A stretch of 63,487 nucleotides of DNA, filler included, from Octopus bimaculoides (GCF_001194135.2; 5 parts of 5 records of this genome joined end to end with filler, not necessarily neighbours in it); one strand, 5' to 3'. Positions 13,571 to 24,610 are shown, counted from the whole stretch's first letter. The notes: generated by a model not told the origin, from the sequence alone. A program made the numbers and translations.

Positions 13571-14506
13571 AGCACCTCATACAAACCTACTTTAGAATCC
13601 CTGTGGGTAGGCACTTGTTTATTTATTTATTATTATTTACTATCATACACACATACACACACACACACGATATTATATATGCATAATAAATGATATTATA
13701 CNNNNNNNNNNNNNNNNNNNNNNNNNNNNNNNNNNNNNNNNNNNNNNNNNNNNNNNNNNNNNNNNNNNNNNNNNNNNNNNNNNNNNNNNNNNNNNNNNNN
13801 NNNNNNNNNNNNNNNNNNNNNNNNNNNNNNNNNNNNNNNNNNNNNNNNNNNNNNNNNNNNNNNNNNNNNNNNNNNNNNNNNNNNNNNNNNNNNNNNNNNN
13901 NNNTATATATAACAAAATATTTTATTTTCTCTCTCATATATATATATATATATTACAAAATATTTTTATTTTCTCTTTCATTGCTTAAAATAAACCCTGA
14001 CCTAAAACCTGAAACTAATCCTCTAATTTATCAGAAACAGATGTATATTACCCATCTCTTCCCTAAATATCATGATACATAACATTCCTTAAGGGGTTTT
14101 GCCTAAAATCACCAACTTTTTTAAGATTTTGCCACCTTTACGAGTCAGCAATGGAGCCTCTATGTGGTTAACACACATGCTAGAAAGAGTAGCCAAATCT
14201 CCCTCAAATAATGATGCACTTTCCTCCCTTAGAAAAGTCAAAGGACACATCAGATAGGGTTGTGGTCCTGAGTTTCTTGCAACATAGGTAAAAAAAAAAA
14301 AGAAATTTAGATGGTCAGGACTGACTACTACTACTACGACTACTACGACTACTACGACTACTACTACTACTACTACTGCCACTGCCGCTGCGCCGCCGCC
14401 GCCACCACCACCACCACCACTACTACTACTTCTATTACTACAAAGCACTATAGTTATGTAGTTCATATCATATTACAGTTAATGTACTACATACTATACT
14501 CTAGTT

Positions 14507-15058
14507 CAGGGCTCGGGGAACTTTTTAACCAATTACCCCAAAATATATTTATTTATACCCACGTTACCTCAGCTTGCTTACCAACCACATGGTTCCGGGT
14601 TCAGCCCCACTGCGTGGCATCTTGGGCAAGTATCTTCTACTATAGCCTCGGGCCGACCAAAGCCTTGTGAGTGGATTTGGTAGACGGAAACTGAAAGAAG
14701 CCTGTCGTATATATGTATATATATATGTATATGTATGTGTTTGTGTGTCTGTGTTTGTCCCCCCAACATCGCTTGACAACCGATGCTGGTGTGTTTACGT
14801 CCCCGTAACTTAACGGTTCGGCAAAAGAGACCGATAGAATAAGTACTAGGCTTACAAAGAATAAGTCCTGAGGTCGATTTGCTCGACTAAAGGTGGTGCT
14901 CCAGCATGGCCACAGTCAAAAGTAAAAGAGTAAAAGAGAGTAACAGTGAATACATTCTTTTTTATATAATTTTACTTATGTCTAATAAGTCCTCATTAAC
15001 CCCAAGAATTTCATGTATATCCCGCTTGGGGTAGTTTACCCTGGTTCACCGACCCCTG
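14507..15058. mobile_element. hAT-type MITE with 8-bp TSD, interrupted by a SINE
   Basis: TIRs CAGGGCTCGGGGAAC and GTTCACCGACCCCTG (13/15 match). Perfect TSD CTCTAGTT at 14499-14506 and 15059-15066. Confidence 0.92.
14570..14941 (+). mobile_element. SINE family B, relatively young copy nested in the hAT MITE
   Basis: AGCTTGCTTACCAACCACATGGTTCCGGGTTCAG...CTTGGGCAAG...GGAAACTGAAAGAAGCC...GGTGCTCCAGCATGGCC. Partial homologues at 18150, 20553, 24640, 25131, 28560, 34775, 39449, 43085, 49030 and 53915. Confidence 0.9.
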
Positions 15059-15136
15059 CTCTAGTTCATATGCCACACACTACACTCTAGTTCATAGACT
15101 ATGTGTGATCCAAAAGTTAATATACCACACACCTGA

Positions 15137-15310
15137 AGGCAGCGAACTGGCAGAACCATTAGCATTGCCAGGCAAAATGTTCAGTGGCATTTTGTGCATC
15201 TGTATGTTCTGAGTTCAAATTCCACTGAGGTCCACTTTGTCCTTCATGTTTTTGGAGTTGATAAAATAAGCACCAGTTAATCACAGGGATTGAGGTAATC
15301 AACTTGCAGT
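15137..15310 (+). mobile_element. SINE family A, CpG-decayed
   Basis: AGGCAGCGAACTGGCAGAACCATTAGCATTGCCAGGCAAAATGTTCAGTGG aligns to the 40827 copy with CG changed to TG or CA. Confidence 0.8.
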
Positions 15311-15313
15311 CTC

Positions 15314-15645
15314 CCTGTAGTCATGAATGACCATGGGATTGCACCTAGAAAGTAACCCTCCGAGGCACAAGTCCAGGCAAGGTTGTTTATGGAAGACCAG
15401 CAGTCACCCATGCATACCAGCCTTCCCTCTCCATGCCGCTGGTATTATCCAAGGGTAAGGCAAAGGTTGATACAGCTTGGCACCAGTGATGTCACAACTC
15501 ATTTCTACAGTTGAGTGAACTGGAGCAACATGACAATAAAGTGTCTTGCTCAAGAACACAACACACACAGCCTCGACCAGGTATTAAACTCACTACCTTA
15601 TGACTGTGAGCCCAACAATCTAACCACTGAGCCATGCACCTCCAC
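15314..15645 (-). mobile_element. CORE-like tRNA-headed SINE (family D related), CpG-decayed
   Basis: Minus strand begins GTGGAGGTGCATGGCTCAGTGGTTAG and contains TGTGTTCTTGAGCAAGACACTTTATT. Confidence 0.8.
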
Positions 15646-15771
15646 TGAAAGAAACCTGCCATACATAAATACAACAGGTTTCTTTATATACATCTGTGTG
15701 TGTGTGTGTGTGTATTTGTTTATTTAGTTTGGTGAAACAAAAAAAGGAGGTGGTCAAACTCTGCATAAGGC

Positions 15772-15789
<18 letters not shown>

Positions 15790-15805
<16 letters not shown>

Positions 15806-16309
15806 GAAATATGTTACAAAAACAAAATAGAAACTACACGTGGAAATGTAAGGGGAAAGTAAGCAGAAAAATAAGCGAAAATGCACATTGGAAATCTCCA
15901 AAAAAGTTAAGGCCTTTTATGAAAAGTAACGATAAATGTATACAATTAGATGAACTGAGGTAGGAATAAAAGTAATAAAAGTCATTATTGTGAGTTGTTA
16001 AATAGATTTAAAAGCATACCGGTTTCGTAATAGTACTAGTCATTGCTTTGAGTACATACCGAATTCTGAACGGTGTCAAGTCTATTAGTCCCTTAGTAAA
16101 AAGATTGTGTGTAAGGAAGGTAAGTAGTTCTGGATTTGGTGCAATTAGGGTAGATCTGGATTTGTAATGTGAATGGTGTATGGGATGTATAGGGGTAAGT
16201 GATATTAAATGGAGGATTAGTAGTGTTCTATATTATGTTATGTGTTCATATTTAGTTGAGGAAGATATTTACTAATGAAAATTGCCTCTTTATTCATTCT
16301 TTGTTGTGC
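15790..16309 (-). mobile_element. 3' end of a Penelope-like element: GIY-YIG C-terminal remnant plus 3' region with hammerhead
   Basis: 16309-16238 translates as AQQRMNKEAIFISKYLPQLNMNT*, resembling the (R)xxxE(A/S)xxI...P.LN end of PLE GIY-YIG endonucleases. A hammerhead motif follows about 190 nt downstream. Boundaries are approximate. Confidence 0.72.
16011..16049 (-). ncRNA. Minimal type I hammerhead ribozyme, A3:U8 core variant
   Basis: AAAGCA (stem I) - ATGACTA (core 3-9) - GTA CTAT TAC (stem II) - GAAA - C CG G - TA| - TGCTTT (stem I). Stem I is 6 bp and perfect. Stem III is minimal and lies in the palindrome ACCGGT. Confidence 0.72.
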
Positions 16310-16578
16310 TAGGGGCCAGCAGCCTCAGCCCATTCAGCATGCTTATAAAAAAATGGTTCATTGAAACCATAGGATATGTGTGGACAATCTAGTGTGCTTA
16401 TATGACCATCCTGTATGACTACAACATGGACAATCCAATATACTGCACAACCATCTTTTGTACAGAACTGTTTAAAAATTCAATTAAGTATATTATTATT
16501 AATTACATGTATTACAAAAAGAAGGTGGCATTAATTAATTCTACCAGTACAGGTGCTTTTATGTGGTGCTGGCACAAG

Positions 16579-16682
16579 TAAAATGCACTTGTGTTGGTGT
16601 CACATAAAATGCACTTGTGTTGGTGTCACATAAAATGCACTTGTGTTGGTGTCACATAAAATGCACTTGTGTTGGTGTCACA
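16579..16682 (+). repeat. 26-bp minisatellite, 4 perfect copies, inside a SINE body
   Basis: Unit TAAAATGCACTTGTGTTGGTGTCACA, followed by a diverged fifth unit and SINE sequence (...AAAAAGCACCCTGCACACTCTGTAAAGTGGTTGGC). Confidence 0.95.
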
Positions 16683-16810
16683 TAAAATGTACTTGTGCCA
16701 GTGGCACATAAAAAGCACCCTGCACACTCTGTAAAGTGGTTGGCATTAGGAAAGGCACTGATCAATGGTTCTCAATCAGGGTCCATATGGCCCTTGGAGG
16801 TCCATTTAAC

Positions 16811-16856
<46 letters not shown>

Positions 16857-16858
<2 letters not shown>

Positions 16859-16981
16859 CTACGGCACTCTGTTGGTTACGACAATGAAGGTTCCAGTTGA
16901 TCCAATCAATGGAACAGCCTTTGTTCCATTGATTGGATCAACTGGAACCTTCATTGTCGTAACCAACAGAGTGCCGTAGTA
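16857..16981. repeat. Perfect 60-bp inverted repeat with 5-nt loop inside a family C SINE fragment
   Basis: 16857-16916 is the exact reverse complement of 16922-16981. Loop GCCTT. Confidence 0.97.
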
Positions 16982-17072
16982 CATTTAAATGAACGTGCAA
17001 GTAGCTGAGCACGCCACAGACGTGTGTACCCTTAATGTAGTTCTCGGGGAGATTCAATGCCAAAACAGACAA
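16860..17072 (-). mobile_element. SINE family C, 3' part
   Basis: Homologous to the 3' half of 23225-23613 (AAGGGTACAC..GTCTGTGG.GTGCTCAGC.ACTTGCACGTT...GATCAACTGGAACC). Confidence 0.8.
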
Positions 17073-18149
17073 CTGGAGCCTGGACAGCTCTCTGGCTGGC
17101 CATTTCCTGTCAAACCGTCCAACCCATGCCAGCATGGTAAATGGATGCTAAACAATGATAATGATGACATAACGTTTTGGATGGTTGAACTACCTTTTGG
17201 TAAATGCAAAGTGGTTCCTGGTTGCTTTCCTCTGTCTCTGTAATCTTGGTAATTTTAACGCTGCAAAATAGTGTTGAGCATTTGGAGTGGCTCTGTAGTC
17301 TGTTGATCTTTGAAATTACCAGAAGCAATAAATGTCAGGATGATTTTCAAAGATGAAGGTCAACATGAAGCTGAAGGTTATCAGAGAAATGAGAAATGCG
17401 CACAAGACTGTTTCCTGACAGTAGCTGCTTAGGTTTAGCAGAAGAATGAGGAAGCTGGCAAATGATGTAGCATCTGGGTAGATTAAGTTTGATGGGCAGC
17501 AAGCAAGCTAGACTAGCAGTATAGGTATAATAGCTGGGATGATTGGTAGGGAAAGATATAGAAGGAGAGTTTCTTGAGATGTTAACAACAGTGTCATATA
17601 TAATGTGATGTGATGCTGCATGGTCATAAGAAAACTTGTGACAGCAGGAGTTGAGTAAAGATCTGTTTGATGTATGAAATTAAATCACATGAAAGAAAGA
17701 CAGAGGTACAAGTGAAGTGAGAAAGTGTAAATGGGCATTAAAAATCAAAGGTATCAACCATTTCTTGTGATGCAGGCTGAATGATAAAGAAAAAAACCTG
17801 TCGTGAAGCAAAAGGTATCATGTTACCCAAGAGAAACGGCGAGAGAATTGTTTGTCGGTAGGAGAGGAAAGTGATAATTGATGTAGCACCTGAGTAGATC
17901 AAGTTTGACAGGTAGCTAGCTAGACTAGCTATTTAGGTAGAATAACTGGATGGTTGGCAGGTATAAACGTACAAAGAAAGTTCTTGAGGCATTAAATGAT
18001 GTTTTTCAAGAAACTTTCTAATGATAGAACAGACAAAGCTGAATAGTCTTATCTGTTGAATAGACTATGTTTTATTTATCATGTTTTATGCTATTATAAT
18101 AAATAATTGGTTATCACACCTTACGCTACTTCAATAAATAGTTGGAGTT

Positions 18150-18292
18150 ACCTTGGGCAAGTGTTTTCATATGTAGCCTTGGGCTGACCAAAACCTCGTA
18201 AGTGGATTTGGTAGATGGAAACTGAAAGAAACTTGCCATGTGTGTGTGAGAGACGTATATGTATGTGTCTGTGTATTTTTGTGAGTGTGTGT

Positions 18293-18330
<38 letters not shown>

Positions 18331-18410
18331 AATTGTGCTCTTGTCTTGACATCATGTGATGACTGTAAATGAGCATCCCTGTCATACAAGCAAGGTTGTA
18401 CGTTTCCTGT
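18150..18410 (+). mobile_element. Family B-related SINE, CpG-decayed
   Basis: CCTTGGGCAAGTG...GTGGATTTGGTAGATGGAAACTGAAAGAAAC with an internal (GT)n tract. Confidence 0.7.
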
Positions 18411-18594
18411 CTCCCGACTGGAAGCTAGGTGTTTTGGGAGATGTGAGAAACACCATATAAAATAACAATCAATGGTTCTTTGCCCATCAGAACTTCAAGA
18501 AAAGCAACAACATTGCTTTTCTTGAACGTTGTTGCATCTGACAACAGCAAAAACCTCCACTGTGCCAGTCTGGCTCCAAAACCTCCCTCATTTC

Positions 18595-18801
18595 TTTAGC
18601 ATTTAAACTGGCCATATCTGGCCCAAATATTCTATCTGTTTTATGCCCAAACTGGCCAGATCTGGCTTCTCACTTCTATCATTCTAAAAATAAACAATCA
18701 CATCATTGAAATCTCGAAACTACAAGATAACGTATGATTAATTAACTTGTGAATAAATAAGCATTACATTTGACAGGTTAAGCTGAATGCTTCAAGGGTT
18801 A
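18595..18801. mobile_element. Non-autonomous element ending GGGTTAA (piggyBac-like terminus)
   Basis: Right end ...CTGAATGCTTCAAGGGTTAA. A related end ...AAATGCTAATGGGTTAA occurs at about 21253. The left TIR is eroded. Confidence 0.4.
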
Positions 18802-20552
18802 ATAATGCTGTTGCAGCATCAAAGACTGGTTCTTNNNNNNNNNNNNNNNNNNNNNNNNNNNNNNNNNNNNNNNNNNNNNNNNNNNNNNNNNNNNNNNNNN
18901 NNNNNNNNNNNNNNNNNNNNNNNNNNNNNNNNNNNNNNNNNNNNNNNNNNNNNNNNNNNNNNNNNNNNNNNNNNNNNNNNNNNNNNNNNNNNNNNNNNNN
19001 NNNNNNNNNNNNNNNNNNNNNNNNNNNNNNNNNNNNNNNNNNNNNNNNNNNNNNNNNNNNNNNNNNNNNNNNNNNNNNNNNNNNNNNNNNNNNNNNNNNN
19101 NNNNNNNNNNNNNNNNNNNNNNNNNNNNNNNNNNNNNNNNNNNNNNNNNNNNNNNNNNNNNNNNNNNNNNNNNNNNNNNNNNNNNNNNNNNNNNNNNNNN
19201 NNNNNNNNNNNNNNNNNNNNNNNNNNNNNNNNNNNNNNNNNNNNNNNNNNNNNNNNNNNNNNNNNNNNNNNNNNNNNNNNNNNNNNNNNNNNNNNNNNNN
19301 NNNNNNNNNNNNNNNNNNNNNNNNNNNNNNNNNNNNNNNNNNNNNNNNNNNNNNNNNNNNNNNNNNNNNNNNNNNNNNNNNNNNNNNNNNNNNNNNNNNN
19401 NNNNNNNNNNNNNNNNNNNNNNNNNNNNNNNNNNNNNNNNNNNNNNNNNNNNNNNNNNNNNNNNNNNNNNNNNNNNNNNNNNNNNNNNNNNNNNNNNNNN
19501 NNNNNNNNNNNNNNNNNNNNNNNNNNNNNNNNNNNAGAGAGTATTTAAACAGAGTCATCCACCATATAGCAGCAGCTGGGACCAACAGATGTTTAAATCA
19601 TCATAGTCTTCATCATCACCATCAGCATCAATGTGTCATCACTGCGTTAGAAGAAGAAAAGGATGATGATGATAATGATGGTAGTGGTGGTGGTAGGGGT
19701 GGTGGTGGTGATGGTGATGATGATGATGAGGAGGAGGAGGAGGAGGGGGAGGGATGTGTAAGATGATGTCAGTTAAAAAAACTACCTAACTGAAGCCGTA
19801 TGCTGTATTAAACATTCGTTAATGAAACTAGCAGGAGTTAAGAGATTTAGCTCTGATTTGACTGCAATGCATACAGATGTGTTGAATTAAAATTATACAG
19901 TAACATATGTCTTTTATTAAAACAGGGTTTAATTCAGGAAGGTTATTGCAGTTTAAAGAAAAATGAAGTCAGAAGAGGAAGGAAGGAAGCAAAGAAGGAA
20001 GGGAGGAAGGAAGAATTAGGCATTTTAATGAGAAGAAAATTAATTAGAAAATAATACATAAAAATAATACATTTTTTCCTCATTACATTGCTTGAATTAG
20101 GAAAAGATATAGATTCTAAAGTCAGTGATATGCAGATGCCAAAATCAGTAAAGGGGTTTAGATAAAAAGAGAATAGTTTTGCAAACTATATTTAAATATA
20201 GATTAACTTTGCCTTCTATTCTTCCACATACCATATTCATTTGTGTGTAAGACCCATTTGTACATAAAGCATTCCTATAAATACGACACTGAAATCTCAT
20301 GTGTATAATATGCACTGATTTTTCTTTAGTTTAATGCTGTATGGAAAAAGAGAGCTTAGTCAGATTTATTATAATTGCTGTATAAAATACAAAGTTCATG
20401 CATTCTAAATGAAACTAAGCAAATTTGGAAGTGACCATTGAACTTAATGAATGTATCATAACAGAATACCTGCTGTAAGTTCAATGTGGGAAAAATCACA
20501 TGACCGTGTTTTTTTTCATGAAAAGGAAAATAATTTCATTTTATAAACAGGC

Positions 20553-20733
20553 ATTTGGCTGTGGCCATGCTGGAGCACCGCCTTTAGTCAAACAAATCGA
20601 CCCTAGGACTTATTCTTTGTAAGCCTAGTACTTATTCTATCGGTCTCTTCTGTTGAACCACTAACTTATGGAGTTGTAAACACACCAACATCAGTTGTCA
20701 AGTGATGGTAGGGGGACAAACACAGACACATAA

Positions 20734-20816
<83 letters not shown>

Positions 20817-20938
20817 NNNNNNNNNNAGCCTAGTACTTATTCTATCGGTCTCTTCTGTTGAACCACTAACTTATGGAGTTGTAAACACACCAACATCAGT
20901 TGTCAAGTGATGGTAGGGGGACAAACACAGACACATAA

Positions 20939-21024
<86 letters not shown>

Positions 21025-21133
21025 GGGCTTCTTTCAGTTTCCATTTTCCAAATCCACTCACAAGGCTTTGGTTGGCCCGAGGCTATAATAGAAGACACTT
21101 GACTGAGGTCCCACGCAGTGGAACTGAACCCGG
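20553..21133 (-). mobile_element. SINE family B, CpG-decayed; internal part duplicated across a 10-N gap
   Basis: Reverse complement of the 14570 copy. 20622-20816 is repeated at 20827-21019. Confidence 0.85.
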
Positions 21134-22194
21134 ATACTAAATGATGATGATAACATTGTAGGGTATGTGTGAGAAGTTGGATCTGATCAATTTTAACATA
21201 AAACAGGTTGAATATATGGGTTGGATATGACCAGATTAAATGCTAATGGGTTAAGCATTTTCTACTAATGTTTTGCAAGCAACCAATGCTGTGTGAGGTG
21301 AATTTGGTAATCTGAAACTGCCGGAAACTCACCATGTACACAAATGTCAATGAATATTGATATTTCTCAGCCATCATCAGTTAAGCAATAATGGTGATGT
21401 GGATATCCATTATTGACATTATGACTGGTTGCTCTGCACTTCCAAACCCCTTGCTTGTAAAATGGAAAGCATTAGCAAGAAGAAGAAGAAGAAGAAGAAG
21501 AAGAAGAAGAAGAAGAAGAAGAAGAAGAAGAAGAGGAGAAGAAGAATCTCCTCCTCCCCCTCCTTCTTCTTCTTCTTCTAATGTTCTTTCTCTAAGCTAG
21601 CCTGGTTTGGACAATTTGACAGGATCTGGTGAACTGCAGGGTTGCATTGAGCTCCAGTGTCTGCATTGGTATGGTTTCTATGGCTGAATAATACCTTCTT
21701 AACACCGACCACTTTACAATGTCTACTGGGTGCTTTTTTCATGACCCCAGCACTAGTGAGGTGGCCAAGTAACTTGCAAAACCAGAAAAAATACCTCCTT
21801 GACTATTTGGGGGAGGAGAGTATATGAGTCAGGGAGGTTGCTTTGTGCCAGATGTTGAGCGGCTAAAGTATAATAGAGGGAAAAGCATAGGTGTCTTGCT
21901 GTAGAAAAGATACAAGGCTACCTTGCATTGTAAAGGCGAGTGAAAGTAGCAAGGGAGAAGGGAAAGATGGTAGTTGTGGGGTCTCAGAGCAAACTCTCAA
22001 GGAACACAAAGGTGAGTGTAGGGGATGATACAGACAATCAATCAGGGGCAGAATAGGTAGTTTCATATGAGTATGAGGGGAGAATAACAGATGGCTGAAA
22101 ACGGGGCTAGAGATGACTGTAGTGCTTCGCTGTAAAAAATTTTGCTTCAGATAACTCCCTATCCAAAACCATGCTAATATGGTAAGACAGATTA

Positions 22195-22376
22195 AGGCAG
22201 TGAGCTAGCAGAAGTTTGTCCATTTTTACGTTCTGGTTTAAATTCCATCGAAGTTGACTTTGCTCTTCATCCTTTCGGAGGTGATAAAATAAGTACCAGT
22301 CATGCACTGTGGTTGATGTAATTGACTTATCCCCTCCACTAAAATTGCTGACCTTGTGTCAAAATTTGAAACCAGT
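22195..22376 (+). mobile_element. SINE family A, CpG-decayed
   Basis: AGGCAGTGAGCTAGCAGAAG...GACTTTGCTCTTCATCCTTTCGG...AATAAGTACCAG. Confidence 0.75.
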
Positions 22377-22446
22377 ATGGAAAAACAGATGAACCCATAC
22401 ACACTTACATACAATATCTATACACACATGCACGTACACAATCGCC

Positions 22447-22483
<37 letters not shown>

Positions 22484-22644
22484 TTAGGGAAAAGAACCAA
22501 GGTTCATGAACTCATCGATGAAAATCCACTGTCATATATATTTAATACTGTGAAACTTAATTTAATTTTAATTTTTAATAAATTGATTTTAATTGAGTGT
22601 TTACCTGTAATTTTGGATTTTTATCCCTAATATTATTATTATTA

Positions 22645-22831
22645 TCATCATCATCATCATCATCATCGTTTAACGTCCGCTTTCCATGCTAGCATGGGTT
22701 GGACGATTTGACTGAGGACTGGTGAAACCGGATGGCAACACCAGGCTCCAGTCTGATTTGGCAGAGTTTCTACAGCTGGATGCCCTTCCTAACGCCAACC
22801 ACTCAGAGAGTGTAGTGGGTGCTTTTACGTG
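22645..22831 (-). mobile_element. SINE family E, 3' end with (GAT)n tail on the minus strand
   Basis: (CAT)nCGTTTAACGTCCGCTTTCCATGCTAGCATGGGTTGGACG. Related pieces at 17075-17165, 21590-21760, 58605-58740 and 61830-61960. Confidence 0.75.
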
Positions 22832-22931
22832 NNNNNNNNNNNNNNNNNNNNNNNNNNNNNNNNNNNNNNNNNNNNTTAATTAATTAANNNNNNNNNNNNN
22901 NNNNNNNNNNNNNNNNNNNNNNNNNNNNNNN
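22832..22931. other. Synthetic scaffold spacer
   Basis: 44 N + TTAATTAATTAA (22876-22887) + 44 N. Confidence 0.95.
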
Positions 22932-22959
<28 letters not shown>

Positions 22960-22964
<5 letters not shown>

Positions 22965-23210
22965 GGCGCATGGCCTAGAAGTTAGGCTGTTGCACTCTTG
23001 ATCGCTAGATCGTAGGTTCGCTTCCCTGACTGGGCGACACGTTGTGTTCTTGAGCAAAACACTTCATTTCACGTAGCTCCGCCTCCCTTTCGATCAGGGG
23101 AGGACGTTGGCCTGCTCGCTTAGCCAGCGCGGTAGCGTCACTGTAAAAGCGCATTGGGACCAGCGAGGTGTAACAACATCTGAAAGTCTGGTCGGGCAGA
23201 TGATCACGTG
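22960..23210 (+). mobile_element. CORE-like tRNA-headed SINE (family D related)
   Basis: GTGAAGGCGCATGGCCTAG...GTTGTGTTCTTGAGCAAAACACTTCATTTCACG. Confidence 0.7.
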
Positions 23211-23224
23211 ATATATAGCGTAAT

Positions 23225-23613
23225 GTGGAGGCGCAATGGCCCAGTGGTTAGGGCAGCGGACTCGAGGTCATAGGATCGCGGTTTCGATTCCCAGACTAGG
23301 CGTTGTGAGTGTTTATTGAGCGAAGACACCTAAAATCTCCACGAGGCTCCGGCAAGGGATGGTGGCGAACGCTGCTGTACTCTTCCACCACAACTTTCTC
23401 TCACTCTTACATCCTGTTTCTGTTGTGCCTGTAATTGAAAGGGTCAGCCTTGTCACACTCTGTGTCACACTGAATATCCCCGAGGACTACGTTAAGGGTA
23501 CACGTGTCTGTGGAGTGCTCAGCCACTTGCACGTTAATTTCACGAGCAGGCTGTTCCGTTGATCGGATCAACTGGAACCCTCGACGTCGTAAGCGACGGA
23601 GTGCCAACAACAC
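23225..23613 (+). mobile_element. SINE family C, full length with 10-bp TSD
   Basis: tRNA-like head GTGGAGGCGCAATGGCCCAGTGGTTAGG...GGTTTCGATTCC and short (AAC)n tail. TSD ATAGCGTAAT at 23215-23224 and 23614-23623. Confidence 0.92.
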
Positions 23614-24194
23614 ATAGCGTAATAGAATTTTGTGTACTCTGGTACTCTTATAACTAATGATACACGTGAAATTAAGTGAAGACTCAGAACAGCCAAGAAT
23701 GCTATGATATGACTGAACAGTATCNNNNNNNNNNTCGAGGTCATAGGATCGCGGTTTCGATTCCCAGACTAGGCGTTGTGAGTGTTTATTGAGCGAAGAC
23801 ACCTAAAATCTCCACGAGGCTCCGGCAAGGGATGGTGGCGAACGCTGCTGTACTCTTCCACCACAACTTTCTCTCACTCTTACATCCTGTTTCTGTTGTG
23901 CCTGTAATTGAAAGGGTCAGCCTTGTCACACTCTGTGTCACACTGAATATCCCCGAGGACTACGTTAAGGGTACACGTGTCTGTGGAGTGCTCAGCCACT
24001 TGCACGTTAATTTCACGAGCAGGCTGTTCCGTTGATCGGATCAACTGGAACCCTCGACGTCGTAAGCGACGGAGTGCCAACAACACATAGCGTAATAGAA
24101 TTTTGTGTACTCTGGTACTCTTATAACTAATGATACACGTGAAATTAAGTGAAGACTCAGAACAGCCAAGAATGCTATGATATGACTGAACAGT

Positions 24195-24610
24195 ATCTAG
24201 AAGAATAAGGCCATCCCCTTGCGAACAAAGGAAATAATGACTCATCAATTCATTGATGTTTAGCATTGTCGCCTATGGAGTTGATGCTGGATTATAAAGG
24301 AAATTGATAAAAGGAAAAATTAAAACATTTGAACAATGGTGTTTTAGACGCATTCACAAAATAAGCGGGACAAATTAAAGAAATAATGAGTGGGTCCTTC
24401 ACAAGATGAAGTACCAAGAAAGACTGTTAAATACTATCGTAAGAAAATGGATCTTTACCGGCCATATACTTAGAAGACAAGATCGTGACGAGTTTCTGCT
24501 AACAGGTGGGGCATATAACAAATGAACGAGAGGAAGACCTAAAACCAGATGTAGCGATAACATCAAAGAAGCCACCAGCGGCGGAAGTTTTGCAGAACTT
24601 TACAGACAGA
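24195..24610 (+). pseudogene. RTE-clade LINE ORF C-terminal fragment, decayed
   Basis: Manual translation includes IKEIDKRKIKTFEQWCFRRIHKISGTN*RNNEWVLHKMKYQERLLNTIVRKWIFTGHILRRQD and RGRPKTRCSDNIKE, typical RTE post-RT motifs. Confidence 0.85.

Noticed and set aside
16579-16682. 26-bp repeats as a CRISPR array
   Set aside because: The units are contiguous with no spacers, in a eukaryotic context.
20622-21019. Direct duplication of about 195 bp
   Set aside because: The copies flank a 10-N gap and end in the same microsatellite, so this is an assembly overlap.
23225-23300. tRNA gene (also 28112 and the head at 3082-3010)
   Set aside because: It has A/B boxes but no proper acceptor stem, and it continues into a SINE body with a TSD.
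23262-24197. Apparent 463-bp tandem duplication of a SINE plus flank
   Set aside because: The copies look identical and abut a 10-N gap, which indicates unmerged overlapping contig ends.
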